Positions 63,701-64,000 of a DNA stretch of 64,000 nucleotides are shown one piece after another. Numbering within the stretch: position 1 is the stretch's first letter; every line of letters starts with the position of its first letter. Source of the stretch: Alphaproteobacteria bacterium (GTDB taxonomy: Bacteria > Pseudomonadota > Alphaproteobacteria > JAAXGF01). Location: positions 384,001-448,000 of the forward strand of contig CAUVXB020000002.1 of NCBI GenBank assembly GCA_963555825.3, written 5' to 3'. The position numbers were made by a program, and so were the translations under genes. The notes below the pieces were generated by a model. The model searched no databases and was not told where the DNA came from. It was given only the letters and a program-made list of their open reading frames with translations.

Positions 63701-64000
63701 GCGAGGCCGAAACGGCATCGGCCGGCGGCATGACCGGCCTCGCCGAGGCGGTCGCGCGCTATTATCACAAGCTGCTCGCCTACAAGGACGAATACGAGGT
63801 CGCCCGGCTCTACACCGGCGATGCGTTCCGCCGCCAGATCGCCGAGCAGTTCGAGGGTGATTTCAAACTCCGATTCCACCTGGCGCCGCCACTGATCGCC
63901 GCGCGCGACCCGGACAGCGGCCACCTCAAAAAATCGGCCTACGGGCCGTGGATGATGGCCGCCTTCCGCGTCTTGGCCAGGTTCAAGGGGCTGCGCGGCA
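60793..64000 (+). CDS. Indolepyruvate ferredoxin oxidoreductase family protein (fused form); runs off the window end
   Basis: ATG 60793 MALAAVSLDDKY, GTQALVR, SGYRGSPLGG, FCSGCPHN, GDGTYFHSG, CEGCGDC, YKDEYEVAR; absent from the ORF track because there is no stop in the window. Confidence 0.95.
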   Translation, partial: MALAAVSLDDKYALDEGRIYLTGTQALVRLPMMQRQRDVAAGLNTACFISGYRGSPLGGFDRELWSAKRFVERNHIHFQPGVNEDLAATAVWGSQQVGLFPGAKYDGVFAMWYGKGPGVDRSGDALKHGNMAGTAPAGGVLALAGDDHACKSSTLPHQSEYAFMDAQIPVLNPAGVQEFLDLGLYGWAMSRYAGTWVALKAVAETLDSSASVTVDPARVTIALPDDFEMPPGGLNIRWPDAPMDQEYRLHRHKVYAALAFARANRLDRTVIDAPRPRLGIVTTGKSYLDVRQALDDLGIDDALAAEIGIRLYKVAMPWPLEPEGARAFAEGLEEILVVEEKRALIENQLKEQLYNWDPAVRPRVIGKFDEAGEWILPSVDELTPARVARAIAARIGRFFTSETIVQRLAFLEAKEKAMAGRAAPIERMPYFCSGCPHNTSTKVPEGSRALAGIGCHYMAMWMDRETDTFTQMGAEGVTWVGQAPFTDTPHVFQNLGDGTYFHSGLLAIRAALAANVNITYKLLYNDAVAMTGGQPVDGQLSVPQITHQLYGEGVRRIAVVSDEPEKYPRDTDFADGVTIHHRDELDRLQRELRELSGTSVLIYDQTCATEKRRRRKRGTMPDPARRVVINTAVCEGCGDCGIASNCLSVIPVETEFGRKRVIDQSSCNKDFSCLNGFCPSFVTVEGGSLRRPQARVRDVVAELPEPDLPALETPYGILITGVGGTGVVTIGALIGMAAHLEGKGVTVLDMAGLAQKYGAVISHLRIARRPGDIHAVRIAAGGARLLLGCDLVVAAGFDSLAKGTPGETHVVVNAHESPTGAFTRDPDLEFPGAELRRLVADVAGSGNVEFLDATRLATALLGDSIATNLFLVGLAYQKGLVPVSHEAIERAIELNGVAVEANLRALRWGRLCAIDRDAVEAAAAEAAPASAEAPMSASLDEIVARRTADLTGYQNAAYAGRYSGLVERVREAETASAGGMTGLAEAVARYYHKLLAYKDEYEVARLYTGDAFRRQIAEQFEGDFKLRFHLAPPLIAARDPDSGHLKKSAYGPWMMAAFRVLARFKGLRG

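Noticed and set aside
60522-63860. 1112-aa plus-strand ORF
   Set aside because: Off-frame shadow. The real oxidoreductase starts at 60793 in another frame and runs off the window.

Overview
High-GC backbone, most likely from an alphaproteobacterium (Rhodospirillales-like gene set). Backbone genes include a DddP-like M24 enzyme, a fused hydantoinase/oxoprolinase, glnS, hisC, an MarR-EmrAB efflux operon, kynU, an ABC1 kinase, pepF, an acyl-CoA synthetase and indolepyruvate oxidoreductase. The backbone is interrupted by several lower-GC cassettes and about a dozen IS elements; the ends and target duplications of most of them can be read directly, which lets the broken host genes be rebuilt in frame. 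Main candidates: (1) a membrane-anchored eukaryote-type GDA1/CD39 apyrase with all five ACR motifs, paired with a 2-TM protein; (2) a TIR/NDT-like plus HEPN-like gene pair, cut by two IS1595 copies and then inverted between them; (3) serial integrase-less capture of cargo at the 3' end of the ABC1 kinase gene, leaving two displaced 3' ends; (4) a TM plus 56-aa coiled-coil repeat gene broken by an ISSod11-type passenger MITE and IS5; (5) a three-level nested IS stack inside a toxin-like gene; (6) a modular intergenic repeat in 4 copies; (7) a tandem two-domain bacterioferritin. Homopolymer frameshifts and noisy tandem duplicates suggest long-read consensus errors, so pseudogene calls that rest on single indels are provisional. 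No rRNA, tRNA or CRISPR array was seen.
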